From Mobula hypostoma (lineage: Eukaryota): DNA of 64,000 nucleotides. This document shows, piece after piece, positions 1-13,365 of this stretch. Numbering within the stretch: the first letter of the stretch is position 1; every line of letters starts with the position of its first letter. The notes beneath the pieces are model-generated. The model was not told the DNA's origin and did no database searches. It was given only the letters and a program-made list of their open reading frames with translations. Location of the stretch: NCBI RefSeq assembly GCF_963921235.1, contig NC_086108.1, positions 116,004,001-116,068,000 on the forward strand, in the 5' to 3' direction. The translations under genes were made by a program, and so were the position numbers.

Positions 1-2390
1 CAGGGAAACGGAGTACAGCTGTACAGGGAAACTGAGTACAGATGTATAGGGACACTGAGGACAGATATGCAGGGACACTGAGAAAGCTATGCGGGGATGC
101 TGAGGACAGATATGCAGCATACTGAGTATAAATAGGCAGGGACACAGAACACAGATATGCAAGGACACTGAGGTCAGATATGCAACACAGTGTACAAATA
201 TGCAGAGGCACTGGTGCAGAGACGCAAGGATACTGAGGTCAGACATTAAAAGGCTCTGAAGAGCGATGTACAGGGACTCAAAATAGAGATATTAAGATAC
301 ACTGAGGACAGATATGCAGGGACACTGAGGTCAGAAATGAAGAGCCACTTAGGACAGGCGTACCGATTGCCGGGGCACTAAGGGCAGGTGTACAGGGACA
401 TTGAGGACAGATGTTCAGGGACAATGAGAACAGATATGCAGTGACACTGAAGACAGATATGCCGAGTCAGTGACGACACATATCCAGGGACAGTGAGGAC
501 AAATATGCAGGGACACTAACACAGATACGCAGGGACACAGGGCAGATGTTCAGGGACACGTTGGACATAGATGCAGGAACATTGAGAAAGATACGCGGGA
601 TGCTTAGGGCAACGAGGACATATATACAGGGGCACTATGGACAGGTGTGCAGGGACACTGGTGACAGATATGCAGTGACACTGAGGACAAATATCCTGCA
701 ACAATGGAGACAGATATGTGGGGACACAGCTGACTGACATGCAGCGACACTGAACACAGTTATGCGGGTACACTGATGAGAAATATGCATGGACAATGAG
801 GACATGTATACAGGGACAATGAGGACAGTTATGCCGGGAGACCGAGGACATGCATAAAGGGTCACTGAGGAGAGGTATGCAGGGACATTGAGGACTTATA
901 TTCAAGGACACTGAGGACAGATATGCAGGGTCATTGAGCACAGATGGTCAGAGACACTGTGGACAAATATGCAGGGACACTGGTACAGCTATGCAGGGAC
1001 ACTGAGGTCAAATGTAAAAGGACACTGAGGAACGATGTACAGGGACACTGAGAAAAATATGCGCGACACTGAGGACAAGTATCCTGGGACACTGAGGACA
1101 GATATGTAGGGATAGTGAGGACAGATGTGCAGTGACTGAGGGCAGATATGCAGGGACACTGAGGAGCAATATCCTGGAAGACTGAGGACAGATATGTGGG
1201 GATGCTGAGGACAGATATGCCAGGGCACTGAGCACAGATATGCTGCGAAACATAGGTCAGATGTACCGGAACACAGAGGGCGAACATGCAGGACACTGAG
1301 GACAGATATACAGGGACACTGAGGACCAATGCATAGGGACAGTAATGACAGATTTGCAGCTGCACTGAAGATAGATACACGGGGATGCTGATGGCAGAAT
1401 TACATGGACAGTGAGGACAGGTGTGCAGGAACACTGAAAGCAGGTATGCAGGGACACTGAGGACAGATATGCAGGGACATTATTGACAGGTGTACTGGGA
1501 AACTGAAGACAGATATGCAGGGACACTGAGAACAGCTATGCAGGCCCTCTGACGACAAATATGCAGTGAGACCAAAGAAATCTATGCAGGAACATCGAGG
1601 CTATATATGCAGTATCACTGAGATCAACTGTTTGGGGATACCGAGGACAAATATTCGGGGACTCTAAGTTCACTTAGTCAGGATGACTAGGGACAGATAC
1701 GCAGGGATGCTGCACACAGAAATGAGCAACACTGAGGTGCAATATACAGGGAAAGCTCATGGATGTATTGAACGACAACACAGCCAGATTTGCAGAGACA
1801 TTGAGTACAGAAATCTTGCAACACTGAGGACAGGTATGGGAGGACGCTGAGGACAGATATGCATGGACATTTAGGACAAATATGCAATGAGACCAGGGAA
1901 AACTATGCAGGGAAAACGAGTGGAGGTATGCAGTGTCATCACAGAAAGGTATGCGGGGACACTGAGGTCAGATATATGGGGATGCTGAGAAAAAATAGGC
2001 AGTGTAATTGAGTAGAATATGCAACAACATCAGAGACAGATGCAGGGAATACTGAATACTTATTAGCAGAGACACTGAGGACAGATCTGCTAGAACACAG
2101 AGGACATATAATCTGGGACATTGATGTCAGGTATGTGAGAACACGAAGGAGGGATATGCAGTGACACTGAGGACAAGTATCCTGTAACACTCAGGACAGA
2201 TATGCAGGGACTCTGAGGACTGTTGTATAGGGACACTGAGGACAGCTATGCAGGGAAAGTGGGGACAAATATATATGGACACTGAGGAGACATATCCTGG
2301 AACACCGAGGACAGATATGCAGGAACTCTAAGGACCAATATGCAAGAATACTGAGGACAGTTATGCAGGGACACTGATGACAAATATGTG
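1..2390. repeat. Degenerate 23-bp tandem repeat, consensus approx. GGGACACTGAGGACAGATATGCA; runs off the left edge
   Basis: Motif recurs continuously (e.g. 49-71, 1451-1473) with many substitutions; all ORFs here are Cys/Ser/Leu-rich repeat translations. Confidence 0.92.
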
Positions 2391-3405
2391 GTGTCACTGA
2401 ACACAGAAATGTGGTATTGCTCAGGAGTCAGTATTGAGACCACTACTTTCACAATGTTTGTCAATGATTCAGGAATTGATGGCTTTGTGGCAAAGTTTGC
2501 AGATGATACAAAGATGCATGGAGGGGTAGGTAGTGCTGAGGAAGCAATGCAATTTCAGCAGGACATAGACAAATTGAAAGAATGGGCAAAAAAAACTTGA
2601 AATACAGTGTTGGGATATGTATGATAATACATTTTGGTAAAAGGAACAATAGTGCAGACTATTATCTAAATGGGGAGAAGGTTCAAACATCAGAGGTGCA
2701 GAGGGACTTAAGAGTCCTCGTGAAAGACTCCCAGCAGGTTAATTTACAGGTTCAATCAATGGTAAAGAAAATAAATGCAATGTTGGCATTTATTTCAAGG
2801 GGAATAGAATATAAAAGCAAGGAGATAATGCTGAGCCTTTATGAGACACTAGTCAGGCTGCACTTGGAATATTGTCAACAGTTCTGGGCCTCATATCTCA
2901 GAAAGGATGTGTTGTCATTGGAGAGAGTCCAGAGGTGGGTTCACAAGGATGATTCCGGGAATGAAGGGGTTAACACATGAGGAGTGTTTGTCAGCTTTGG
3001 GCCTGTACTCACTGGAATTGAAAAGAATGCAGTGGGATCTCATTGAAGCCTACCGAATGTTGAAAGGACTAGATAGGGTGGATGTGGAGAGGATGTGTCC
3101 TATGGTGGGTGTATCCACAGCCTCAAAATTGAGGGGGCGACCCTTTAGAACAGAGGTAAGGAGGAATTTTTTTAGCCAGAGAGTAGTGAAACTGTGGAAT
3201 GCTCTGCCACAGACTGTGGTGGAGACCGAGTCCGTGGGTGTATTTAAGGCAGAAGTTAATTGTCTCCTGATTGGTTAGGGCAATTAAAGGATATGGCAAG
3301 AAGGCAGGTGTGCTGGGTTGAGCAGGACTGGGATCAGCCCTGCTGGAATGACAGAGCAGACTCGATAGGCTGAATGGCCCAATTCTTCTCCTATGTCTTC
3401 TGGTA
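2390..3405 (+). mobile_element. 5'-truncated CR1-type LINE (RT C-terminal half and 3' UTR), decayed
   Basis: ORF pieces with KFADDTK, LVRLHLEYCQQFW, FFSQRVVKLWNALP; CR1-like 3' UTR ending ~3405. Confidence 0.9.
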
Positions 3406-3407
3406 TA

Positions 3408-4570
3408 AGGATCAATGATCCCTAGCTACAGGTGTGCTACAAGAGCACAAACAGATTTAATCAAGCCCAGCCACATATGCAAGTCTGGCGTACATGTAGG
3501 TTCAATGATCCCTGGCCACAGGTGTGGTGCCAGAGGGTAAGAAGATTCAGTCATCGCTAGGCACAAGTGAGATGCCAGAGAACTAGCATGTTCAATAATC
3601 ACTAGCCACAGGTCTGATGACAGGGGGGTAATTGGTTCAATTATCACTAGCCACAGGTCTGATGACAGGGGGGTAGTCGGTTCAATTATCTCTAGCCACA
3701 GGTCTGATGACAGGGGTAGTCGGTTCAATTATCACTAGCCACAGGTCTGATGACAGGGGGGTAGTCAGTTCAATTATCACTAGCCACAGATCTGATGACA
3801 GGGGGGTAATTGGTTCAATTATCACTAGCCACAGGTCTGATGACAGGGGGGTAGTCGGTTCAATTATCACTAGCCACAGGTCTGATGACAGGGGGGTAGT
3901 CGGTTCAATTATCACTAGCCACAGGTCTGATGACAGGGGGTAGTCGGTTCAATTATCACTAGCCACAGGTGTGGTGCCAGAGGCCAGTAGATTCAATCAG
4001 GCTTTGCCGCAGGTCGTACAGAGTCAATGATCATTAGCGACAGGTGTGGTGCTATTGGAATGGCAGGTTCAGTCATCTCTCGTGACAGGTGCGCTGGCAG
4101 AGGACCAGCAGGTTCACTCAACTGTGGACAGCTGTGGTGCCAAAGAGTGAACGGGGTGCAGTCATGGTCAGCCACCGGCGTCGTGCCGACGAACGAACGG
4201 GGTCAACAGCCCTAGCCACAGGTGTGGTGCTAGGGGACCGGCAGGTTGAATAATCACTAGCCACAGGTGTGGTGCTAGGGGACCGGCAGGTTGAATAATC
4301 ACTAGCCACAGGTGTGGTGCTAGGGGACCGGCAGGTTGAATAATCACTAGCCACAGGTGTGGTGCTAGGGGACCGGCAGGTTGAATAATCACTAGCCACA
4401 AGTGTAGTGTCAGAGGATGAGCAGATTCTATCAGCCCTGCCACAGGTGTGGTGCTAGGGGAAGAGCAATCACGCCTAGTTGGACATGTTCTTTCAGAGGA
4501 TTAGGAAGTTGAATCATTCCTAGCCTTGGGTGTGGTGCCAGAGGTCTAGCGTGTTCGATCATCGCCAGTC
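3408..4570. repeat. 45-bp tandem repeat with two locally homogenised sub-arrays (3602-3968 and 4212-4400)
   Basis: CTAGCCACAGG recurs at 3602, 3647...; translations show 15-aa periodicity (SSDLWLVIIEPTTPL; LAPHLWLVIIQPAGP). Confidence 0.92.
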
Positions 4571-4574
4571 ACAG

Positions 4575-5370
4575 TCAAAGTCCGAGTACATTTATTACCA
4601 AAGTATGTAAAGTTTATACAATCTTGGTATTGATCTTCTTACAGCGGCTACAAAACAGAGAACCCCAGTCAAACAAAAGGATCATCAAACACCCAACGTG
4701 CAGAAAAATAAGATAAAAAAAAGTGCAAACGTTAAGAGTTAGCAATACCGTTGAGAACTGAAGTTGACAAAAGTGAGTTCACACGGTGATAGTTGCAGAC
4801 CACAGCCACAGTTTGGTGCAGAGACGAGTGAACCTCGCGGAGAACGCGATTTGAACCATCCTGTGCCTCGCTTCCCGCCCCGGCACCCTGTCCTTTTCAA
4901 TCTGGCCCAGCGCTTAAATGGAACAGATCTTGCTCTCGGACCCTGACCGTGCCGCTTCGATACGTCCTCGGGCTGGTGACCCGCCACCTCAATTAGTTCC
5001 GTACCTAACTTCTACAATTCGGCTTAGCGCTCACATCGATCAAACTTGGGGTCTTCCCTCGTTCTCAGGCCCGGGTCCGGGCTCCAACACCTCGCCTCAA
5101 CATCGTCTCCGCTCGCCCTTCCTCGGTTCTGCCAAATCGTATCGCCTCCAAGTTCGCTCCAGGAATGGCCTATTCCCCGCTCTCCGGCCCGGACACCTCT
5201 GCTTCGATTCGGCTCGTACACACGACTCCACTGCCGACCTGCGCCTCCGAGATTTCAGTTCCCACTACAAAAACGCCAGGTCGTACAGGCGGTTGGAAAG
5301 CTCAACTCCGACAGGAAAGTTGTTTGCACTGATCGTTTAGCAGAAAAAGTGTAATTAACGGAGTATTTAA
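4575..5370 (-). mobile_element. Probable non-autonomous retroposon with GC-rich body and Rex/Babar-like 3' tail
   Basis: Reverse complement of 4575-4640 (...CATACTTTGGTAATAAATGTACTCGGACTTTG) resembles the tail at 44715-44750; it interrupts the 45-bp array; no recognisable ORF. Confidence 0.45.
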
Positions 5371-6320
5371 AAGCTTCTCAATCCTCTGAATTTTCCACTA
5401 TTTTTTGCTCAATTATATGCCCTTTCTTTGGCTTTTATGTTGGTTTTGACCTCTTGATAGCAACGGTTATGTCATTTTTTCTTTATAATATTTCTTCCTC
5501 TTTGGGATGCATCTCTCATGAAGGGTGTGCTTCCAGAGGACTGGCAGATTTTATCATTACTACCCACTGGCATTGTGCCAGAGGACTAGCACAATCATCG
5601 GTGACCAGTGGTGTGCCTCAGGGACCTGTTCTAGGACACCTTCTCTTCCTGATTTTTATAAATGATCTGGATGAGGAAGTGAAGAGATGGGTTACTAAAC
5701 TTGCTGATGTCCCAAAGGTTGGGGGTGTTGTGGATAGTGTGGAGGGCTGTCAGAGGTTACAGAGTGACATCGATAGGATGTAAAAATGGGCAGCGAAGTG
5801 GCAGATGGAGTTCAACCCAGGTAAGTGTGAAGTGGGACATTTTGGTAGGTCAAATATGATGGCAGAATGTGGTTTTAATGGTAAGATTCTTGGCAGTGTG
5901 GAAGAATCTTATGGGCTGAGTCCATAGGACACTCAAAGCTGCTGCGCATGTTGACTCTGTGGTTAAGAAGACATATGGTGTATTGCCCTTCATCAACCGT
6001 GGGATTGAGTTCAAGAGCCGAGAGTTGATATTACAGCTCTATAGGACACCGGTCAGACCCCACTTGGAGTACTGTGCTCAGTTCTGGTCACTTCACTACA
6101 GGAAGGAGGTGCAAACTATAGAAAGGGTGCAGAGGAGATGTACAAGGATGTTGTCTGCATTGGGGAGCATGCCTTATGAGAATACGTTGAGTGAACTCGG
6201 CCTTTTAGCCTTGGAGAGACGCAGGATGAGAGGTGACCTGATAGAGGTGTATAAGATGATGAGAGGCATTGATTGTGTGGATGGTCAGAGGCTTTTTCCC
6301 AGGGATGAAATGGCTAACAC

Positions 6321-7412
6321 TGTCATAATGGGGGCATTGGGAAAGGAGCCAAATGCAAGACACAGACACTGAAGTACTTGGAACAGGAACAGCCAAAATT
6401 AAATGATGGGACAGGACGCAGACTAGGTTAGGGAAGCAGGACCAAGATGAGGGACTGTGAACAAGGAGCCTGGGCATGGACTCCAAGCCAGAGACTGGAC
6501 AGGACCCAGAACCTGGCTCTTGACTTAGGCTCGGACCCCAAAACTAGGTGAAGACGTGACGAGGCTTGGGGTTCTTGGAGGCTCGACGAGGTCATGACGG
6601 AGCAAGGGCAGGACACAGGACTCCACCCCACAGAGGAAAGGACTAGGGAGGGATGGACCCAACCACAGCGTAACAGCAAACAGCCTGGCTTACCCCATGG
6701 AGGCAAGGAACAGGAAGGGACAGAACCAACCACAGGATAACGGCAAACAGAAATGCGAAGAAATTTTTTTAGCCAGAGGGTGGTGGAACTATGGAATTTG
6801 TTGCCACGGGCAGCAATGGAGGCCAAGTCATTGGGTGTATTTAAGGCAGAGATTGATAGGTATCTGAGTAGCCAGGGCATCAAAGGTTATGGTAAGAAGG
6901 CAGGGGAGTGGGATTAAATGGGAGAATGGATCAGCTCATGATAAAATGGCAGAGCAGACTCGATGGGCTGAATGGCTGACTTCTGCTCCTTTGTCTTATG
7001 GTCTTATGGCTTACCCAATGGAGGCAAGGGACAGGAAGGGACAGATGCAACCGCAGGGTAACGGCAATCAGCCTGGCTTACCCAACAGAGGCAAGCAACA
7101 GGAAGGGAGCTAGGTCCGGGGTGGCTCCAAGACTCGAGGCGGCCGGTAACCTTGACAGGCTATGGAACAGCCAAATCCATATCTCGGTGACTGCGCTAGC
7201 CTTCCACCAGTGGGTTGCTCCAAGGGGAGACTGACGAGACAACCCAGCAACTACACTCGATCCCAGGGCCATTTATATTCCCAGCCCCAAGATGAGCATC
7301 AGGTGCTTATGGTTAAGTCCAACCGAAACAAGGGACAGCCGAAAGACCCGGAGTCCGGAGTCCACGGACTGGGCCGTGAACTGGAGTTCAGACTTCAGAC
7401 CGGACCATGACA
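6321..7412 (-). mobile_element. Solo LTR (TGTCAT...ATGACA) with 5-bp TSD AACAC
   Basis: TG..CA termini with short inverted repeat; AACAC at 6316-6320 and 7413-7417; homologous in opposite orientation to 55308-56589; TATAAAT on minus strand ~7272-7278. Confidence 0.85.
6747..7010 (+). mobile_element. Short CR1 3'-end fragment nested in the solo LTR
   Basis: AGAAATTTTTTTAGCCAGAGGGTGGTG... through the 3' UTR and (TCTTATGG)2 tail. Confidence 0.8.
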
Positions 7413-7699
7413 AACACGAGAGGGCACAGTTTTAGGTTGCTTGGCAGTAGGTACAGACGAGATGTCAGGGGTAAGTTTTTATGCAGGGTGGTTAGTGTGT
7501 GGAATGTGTTCCCAGCGACGGTGGTGGAGGCAGATACAATAGGGTCTTTTAAGAGACTCTTGGATAGGTACATGGAGCTTAGAAAAATAGAGGGCTATGG
7601 GTAACCCTAGGTAATTTTTAAAGTACGGACATGTTCGGCAAGGCATTGTGGGTCTCAGGGCTTGTATTGTGCTGTAGGTTTTCTATGTTTCTGGTGTTT

Positions 7700-7950
7700 C
7701 TATCTCTACCCACAGGTGTGGTGGTGGGGGACAAAAGGTTCAATCAACCTTAGCCAAAGGTATGGTCCAGAGGACTAGCAGGTCCAATCATTCCTAGCCA
7801 TGTATGTGGTGCCAGAGAGCTAGCAGACTGCATCAACCCTAGCCACAGGTGTGGTTCCAGAGGAATTGCTGATACAATCATCACCAGCCACATGTGTGAC
7901 GCCAGAAGGCTAGCAGATTTCATCACCTCCATTTAGGGTTGTGGTGCTGG
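7700..7950. repeat. Displaced continuation of the 45-bp array
   Basis: CCACAGGTGTGG..CCAGAGGACTAGCAG units; similar remnants at ~5495-5598 and 11560-11612. Confidence 0.8.
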
Positions 7951-7959
7951 ATACTATAA

Positions 7960-10900
7960 GATACTATAAGCAAAGCCGAGGAGACAGACGTCAGGCAGAG
8001 CCGTGGTAGTAGGGGACTCCATAGTGAGAGCTACAGAAAGGGGTTTCTGTGGCAACAGGCGAGATTTAAGGATGGTGTGTTGCCTCCCTGGTGCCAAGAT
8101 CCAGGATGTCACTGACCGATTGCAGAGAATCCTCAAGAGTGAAGGTGAACATCTGGAAGTGGTGGTGCATGTCGGCATAAATGACGTGGGGAAGAAGAGG
8201 AAAGACATTCTACAGCGTGACTTCAGAGAACTCGGAAGAAGGCTGAAAAGCAGGACTTCCAGGCTGGTTATCTCCGGTTTGCTTCCAGTTCCCCGTGCTG
8301 GAGTGGGCAAGAGCAGGGAGATAATGGATCTGAAAGTGTGGCTGAGGAACTGGCGCAGGAAGCAAGGATTTACATTCTTGGACCACTGGGGTATGTTTCG
8401 GGGTAAGGATGAATTGTACAAAAGGGATGGGTTGCACCTTAATAAGCGGGGCACCAGCATTCTGGCACAGGTTTGCCTCTGCAACACGGGTGTGTTTAAA
8501 CTAAGTAGTGGGGGGGGGGACGAACTGGAAATATAAGGATGGAGATAAAGGGAAAGTGAGAATAAGAAAAGTTCAGAAAGACAGCAGAATCAACAGAGCA
8601 GAAAGCTCAAGAAGGGATCGTACAGTATGGCCAAGTGAAATAGGAATTGATATGGGAGGTGAGGGGAATAATGAATTAAAAGTATTATATATGAATGCAC
8701 GGAGTATAAGAAATAAAGTGGATGAGCTTGAGGCTCAGTTGGAAATTGGTAAGTATGATGTTGTGAGAATCACAGAGACATGGCTTCAAGTGGACAAAGC
8801 CTGGGAAATGAATATTCAAGGTTATACGTCCTATCGAAAGGACAGACTGATGGGCAGAGGGGGTGGGGTGGCACTGTTGGTGAGGAATGATATTCAGTTC
8901 CTTGCGAGGGGGGACATAGAATCGGGAGACGTAGAGTCAGTATGGATAGAACTGAGAAATCCTAAGGGTAGAAGGACCCTAATGGGAGTTATCTACAGGC
9001 CCCCAAATGGTAGTCTGGATGTAGGGTGTAAGTTGAATCAAGAGTTAAAATTGGCATGTCGCAAAGGTAATGCTACAGTTGTTATGGGGGATTTCAAAAT
9101 GCAGGTAGACTGGAGGAATCAGGTTGGTGCTGGACCCCAAGAAAGGGAGTTTGTGGAGTCCCTCCGAGATGGATTCTTAGAACAGCTTGTACTGGAGTCT
9201 ACCAGAGAGAACGCAATTCTAGATTTAGTGTTGTGCAATGAACCGGATTTGATCAGGGACCTCGAGGTAAAGGAGCCATTAGGATGTAGTGACCATAATG
9301 TGATAAGTTTTAATCTATAATTTGAGAGGGAGAAGGGAAACTCGGAAGTGTCAGTATTACAGTTGAACAAAGGGAACTATGGTGCTATGAGGGAGGAGCT
9401 GGCCAGAGTTCAATGGAACAATACCCTAGCAGGATGACAGTGGAACAGCAATGGCAAGTGTTTCTGGGAATAATGCGGAAGGTGCAGGATCAGTTCATTC
9501 CGAAGAGGAAGAAAGATCCTAAGGGGAGTAAGGGGAGGCCGTGGCTGACAAGGGAAGTAATGGACAGTATAAAAATAAAAGAGAAGAAGTATAACATAGC
9601 AAAGACAAGTGGGAAGCCGGAGGATTGGGATACTTTTAAAGAGCAACAGAAGGTAACTAAAAAGGCAATACGCGGAGAAAAAGTGAGGTACGAAGGTAAA
9701 CTAGCCAAGAATATAAAGGAGGATAGTAAAAGCTTCATTAGGTATGTGAAAAGGAAAAAAAAAGAGTTAAGACCAAAATTGGGCCCTTGAAGATAGAAAT
9801 GGGTGAATTTATTATGCGGAACAAGGAAATGGCAGACAAGTTGAACAGGTACTTTGGATCTGTCTTCACTAGGGAAGACACAAACAATCTCCCAGATATA
9901 ATAGCGGCCAAAGAACCTAGGGTAATGGAGGAACTGAAGGAAATTTATATTAGGCAGGAAATGGTGTTGGATAGGCTGTTGGGTCTGAAGGCTGGTAAGT
10001 CCCCGGGACCTGATGGTCTGCATCCCAGGGTACTTAAGGAGGTGGCTTTAGAAATCGTGGACGCATTAGTAATCATTTTCCAATGTTCTATAGACTCAGG
10101 ATCAGTTCCTGTGGATTGGAGGGTGGCTCATGTTGTCCCTCTCTTCAAAGAGGGAGGAAGAGAGAAAACAGAGAACTATAGACCGGTTAGCCTGATGTTG
10201 GTGGTGGGAAAGATGCTGGAGTCAGTTATAAAAGATGAAATTACGACACATCTGGATAACAGTAACAGGATCGGTCTGAGTCAGCATGGATTTACGAAGG
10301 GGAAGTCGTGCTTGACTAATCTTCTGGAATTTTTTGAGGATGTAACTATGAAAATGGACAAGGGAGAGCCAGTGGATGTAGTGTACCTGGACTTTCAGAA
10401 AGCCTTTGATAAAGTCCCACATAGGAGATTAATGGGTAAAATTAGGGCACATGGTATTGGGGGCAGAGTACTGACATGGATTGAAAATTGGCTGGCTGAC
10501 AGAAAACAAAGAGTAGCGATTAACAGGTCCCTTTCGGAATGGCAGGCGGTGACCAATGGGGTACCATAGGGTTCAGCTGTTTACAATATATATTAATGAT
10601 TTAGGTGAGGGAGTTAAAAGTAAAACTAGCAAATTTGCCGATGACACAAAGCTGGGTGGCAGTGTGAAATGTGAGGAGGATGTTATGAGAATGCAGGGTG
10701 ACTTGGACAGGCTGGGTAAGTGGGCAGATGCATGACAGATGCAGTTTAATGTGGATAAATGTGAGGTTATCCACTTTGGTGGTAAGAACAGGAAGGCAGA
10801 TTATCATCTAAATGGAGTCAAGTTAGCAAAGGGGGAATTACAATGAGATCTAGGTGTTCTTGTACATCAGTCACTGAAAGCAAGCATGCAAGTACAGCAG

Positions 10901-11560
10901 GCTGTGAAGAAAGCTAATGGCATGCTGGCCTTCATAACAAGGGGAATTGAGTATAAGAGCAAAGAGGTCCTTCTGCAGCTGTACATGGCCCTGGTGAGAC
11001 CACACTTGGAGTACTGTGTGCAGTTTTGGTCTCCAAATTTTAGGAAGGACATTCTTGCTATTGAGGGAATGCAGCATAGGTTCACAAGGTTAATTCCCGG
11101 AATGGCGGGACTGTCATATGTCGAAAGGTTGGAGCGACTGGGCTTGTATACTCTGGAATTTAGAAGGCTGAGACGGAATCTTATTGAAACATATAAGATT
11201 ATTAAGGGATTGGACACGCTGGAGGCAGGAAGTATGTTCCTGCTGATGGGTGAGTCCAGACCAGAGGCCACAGTTTCAGAATAAGGGGTAGGCCATTTAG
11301 AACGGAGTTGAGGAAAAACTTTTTAACCCAGAGAGTGGTGGATATATGGAATGCTCTTCCCTAGAAGCCTGTGGAGGCCAGGTCTCTGGATGCTTTCAAA
11401 AAAGAGATGGATAGAGCTCTTAATGATAGTGGAATCAAAGGTTATGGGGATAAGGCAGGAACGGGGTACTGATTGTGGATGATCTGCCATGATCACAGTG
11501 AATGGCGGTGCTGGCTCGAAGGGATGAATGGCCTACTCCTGCACCTATTGTCTAATGTCT
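7960..11560 (+). mobile_element. Near full-length CR1 LINE: ORF1 esterase C-terminus, ORF2 APE endonuclease and RT, 3' UTR; inactivated by stops and frameshifts
   Basis: EN motifs LYMNARSI, ITETWL, IYRPP, MGDF, LDLV, SDHN; RT motifs [30 protein letters not shown]. Confidence 0.93.
8003..8536 (+). pseudogene. CR1 ORF1 SGNH/GDSL-type esterase domain remnant
   Basis: VVGDSIVR (block I), CLPGA, HVGIND (block III), DGLHLN (block V). Confidence 0.88.
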
Positions 11561-12770
11561 GTTGATTCAATCATCCTGAGGCATAGGTGTGGTTCCAGAG
11601 GGCTAACAGGTTGCTTATGTTGTTCCTTTGTTCGGGTGGGGGGGGGGCACAGTAGAGTAAATTCTGGAAATTCCAGGCTGTTAGCAGAAAGCTCATGGAG
11701 AGAATTCATAAAGCTTGAATTTCGGAGCATTTGAAGAAGCCTGATCTAATTAGGTTCAGTCAGTATGGTTTTGTACGGAGAATGCCATGTCTAATCTGAT
11801 TGTCTTTTGAGGAGCTGACGTTGGTGATTGATGAAGGCAGATCTGTGGATACTGTCCATATGGATTTTAGCAAGGCACTCGACAAGGCCCTGCATAATTG
11901 AACAATCCAGAAAATGAGGATATATGGGATCCATTTTGACTTGGCGGACTGGATCCAAATAGCCCGTAAAAGACAGAAGGTGGTTGTGAGTGCACCTTAT
12001 TCTAAATGGAGATCTGTGACTGGTGATGTTCCACGGGAACCTCTGCAAATTGTCACATATATAACTGATTTGGATGAAAATGTGGTAGGGTTGGTGAGTA
12101 AGTCTGCAGTTGACACAAAAATTGGTGGCATTGTGGATTGCACAGAGAATGGCTGAAAGATACAATGCAATGCAGATCAATTGTAGATATGGGTGAAGAG
12201 GTAGCAGACGGAGTTTACTTCAGGCCAGTGTGAGGCGTCACACTTAGGGAGATCCAAAATAAAGGGAATTACAGAGTTCATGACCAGTGTTGATGTGCAG
12301 AGGGATATTTGGGTCCAAGTACATGGCTGTCTGAAAGTGGTTGCACAGATTAATAGGGTGGCAAAGAAGGAAGTTATATTACAGGTTTATAAAACTCTGG
12401 TTGGGCCACATTTAGATCCTGGTGAATCCTTAATTCTGGCTTCATTACAGGGAGGGAGCAGAGCAAGTTCACCAAGATTCTGTCTGGTTTGGAGGGCATG
12501 TGCTAAAAGGAGAGGTTGGACAGGCTGGAGCTGTTTTCTCTAGAGCAATGGAGGCTGAGTAGGGATTTGATAGAAGCTTATAAATGATGATTGACAAAGT
12601 AGACAGCTGGTATTGTTTTATCAGGATTGAAATATCTAATATCATAGAGCATGTATTTAAGATGGGAGGGGCAAGTACAAAGCAGATGTATGAGGCAAAT
12701 ATGTTTTAACTGACCTGGATGTGCTTTCAGAGTTGGTGCTAGAGGCAGGTACCATAGGAGGATTTACGAC
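11560..12770 (+). mobile_element. Old degenerate CR1 RT fragment continuous with the last 45-bp unit
   Basis: GTTGCTTATGTTGTTCCTTTGTTC (VAYVVPLF), MDFSKALDK-like, KSAVDTKIGGIVD, YKTLVGPHL. Confidence 0.8.
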
Positions 12771-12799
12771 ACTCTGACAAACAGAAGAGTTTCTGCAGA

Positions 12800-13365
12800 T
12801 AACAACAGGAATTCTGCAGATGCTGGAAATTCAAAGCAATATACACAAAATGCTGGAGGAATTCAGCAGATCATGCAGCATCTGTAGAAATGAATAAACA
12901 GTCCACATTTCGAACTCAGACCTTTTTCAGGACTGGAGAGGGAGGGGAAAGATGCCAGAGTGAAAAGGTGGGGTAAGGGAAACAAGGACAAGCTAAAATG
13001 TGATGTGAAGCTCGGTGGGTGGGGGAAAGGAAGATGAAGCAAGAAACTTGGCAGTGACAGATGAAAGAGATAAACAGCTGAAGAAGATTGAGTCCGATAG
13101 GACAGGAAAGTAGACCATCGGAGAAAGGGTAGGAGGAGGGGACATAGGGGAGATGAAAGTCAGGTGAGGAGAAGAGGTAAGAGGCCAGAGTAGGGAATAG
13201 GAGATGGGGGGGGGGGGGAATTACCAACGTTGGAGAAATCAGTATTCATGCCATCAGTTTTGAGGCTACCTAGATGGAATAAGAGATGTTCCTCCTCCAA
13301 CCAGAGTGGCCTCAAAGAGAAAGCCATGGACCAACATAGCAGAATGGGAATGGATAGGCAATTGG
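12800..13365 (-). mobile_element. Penelope-like element 3'/terminal fragment with degenerate hammerhead (~12900-12935)
   Basis: Reverse complement matches the PLE end at 14480-14950 and 44300-44550. Confidence 0.7.

Larger units (their letters stand above)
5598..7695 (+). mobile_element. 5'-truncated CR1 LINE, interrupted by a solo LTR
   Basis: [31 protein letters not shown]; reading resumes after 7417 (NTRGHSFRLLG...WNVFP); TTCTATG-like tail ~7680. Confidence 0.9.

Noticed and set aside
90..116. Common origin of the 23-bp and 28-bp satellites (GGGGATGCTGAGGACAGA vs GGGGATGCTGGAGACAGA)
   Set aside because: The match involves minority variants of short purine-rich motifs, and the 28-bp unit is better explained by CR1; no source found for the 23-bp unit
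516..2464. Cys-rich ORFs resembling keratin-associated or metallothionein proteins
   Set aside because: Translations of the degenerate 23-bp repeat in several overlapping frames
3602..4400. CRISPR-like array
   Set aside because: Units are head-to-tail with no unique spacers, there are no cas genes, and the context is vertebrate
7960..11560. Active autonomous CR1
   Set aside because: ORF2 is broken into several pieces by stops and frameshifts, and ORF1 is 5'-truncated
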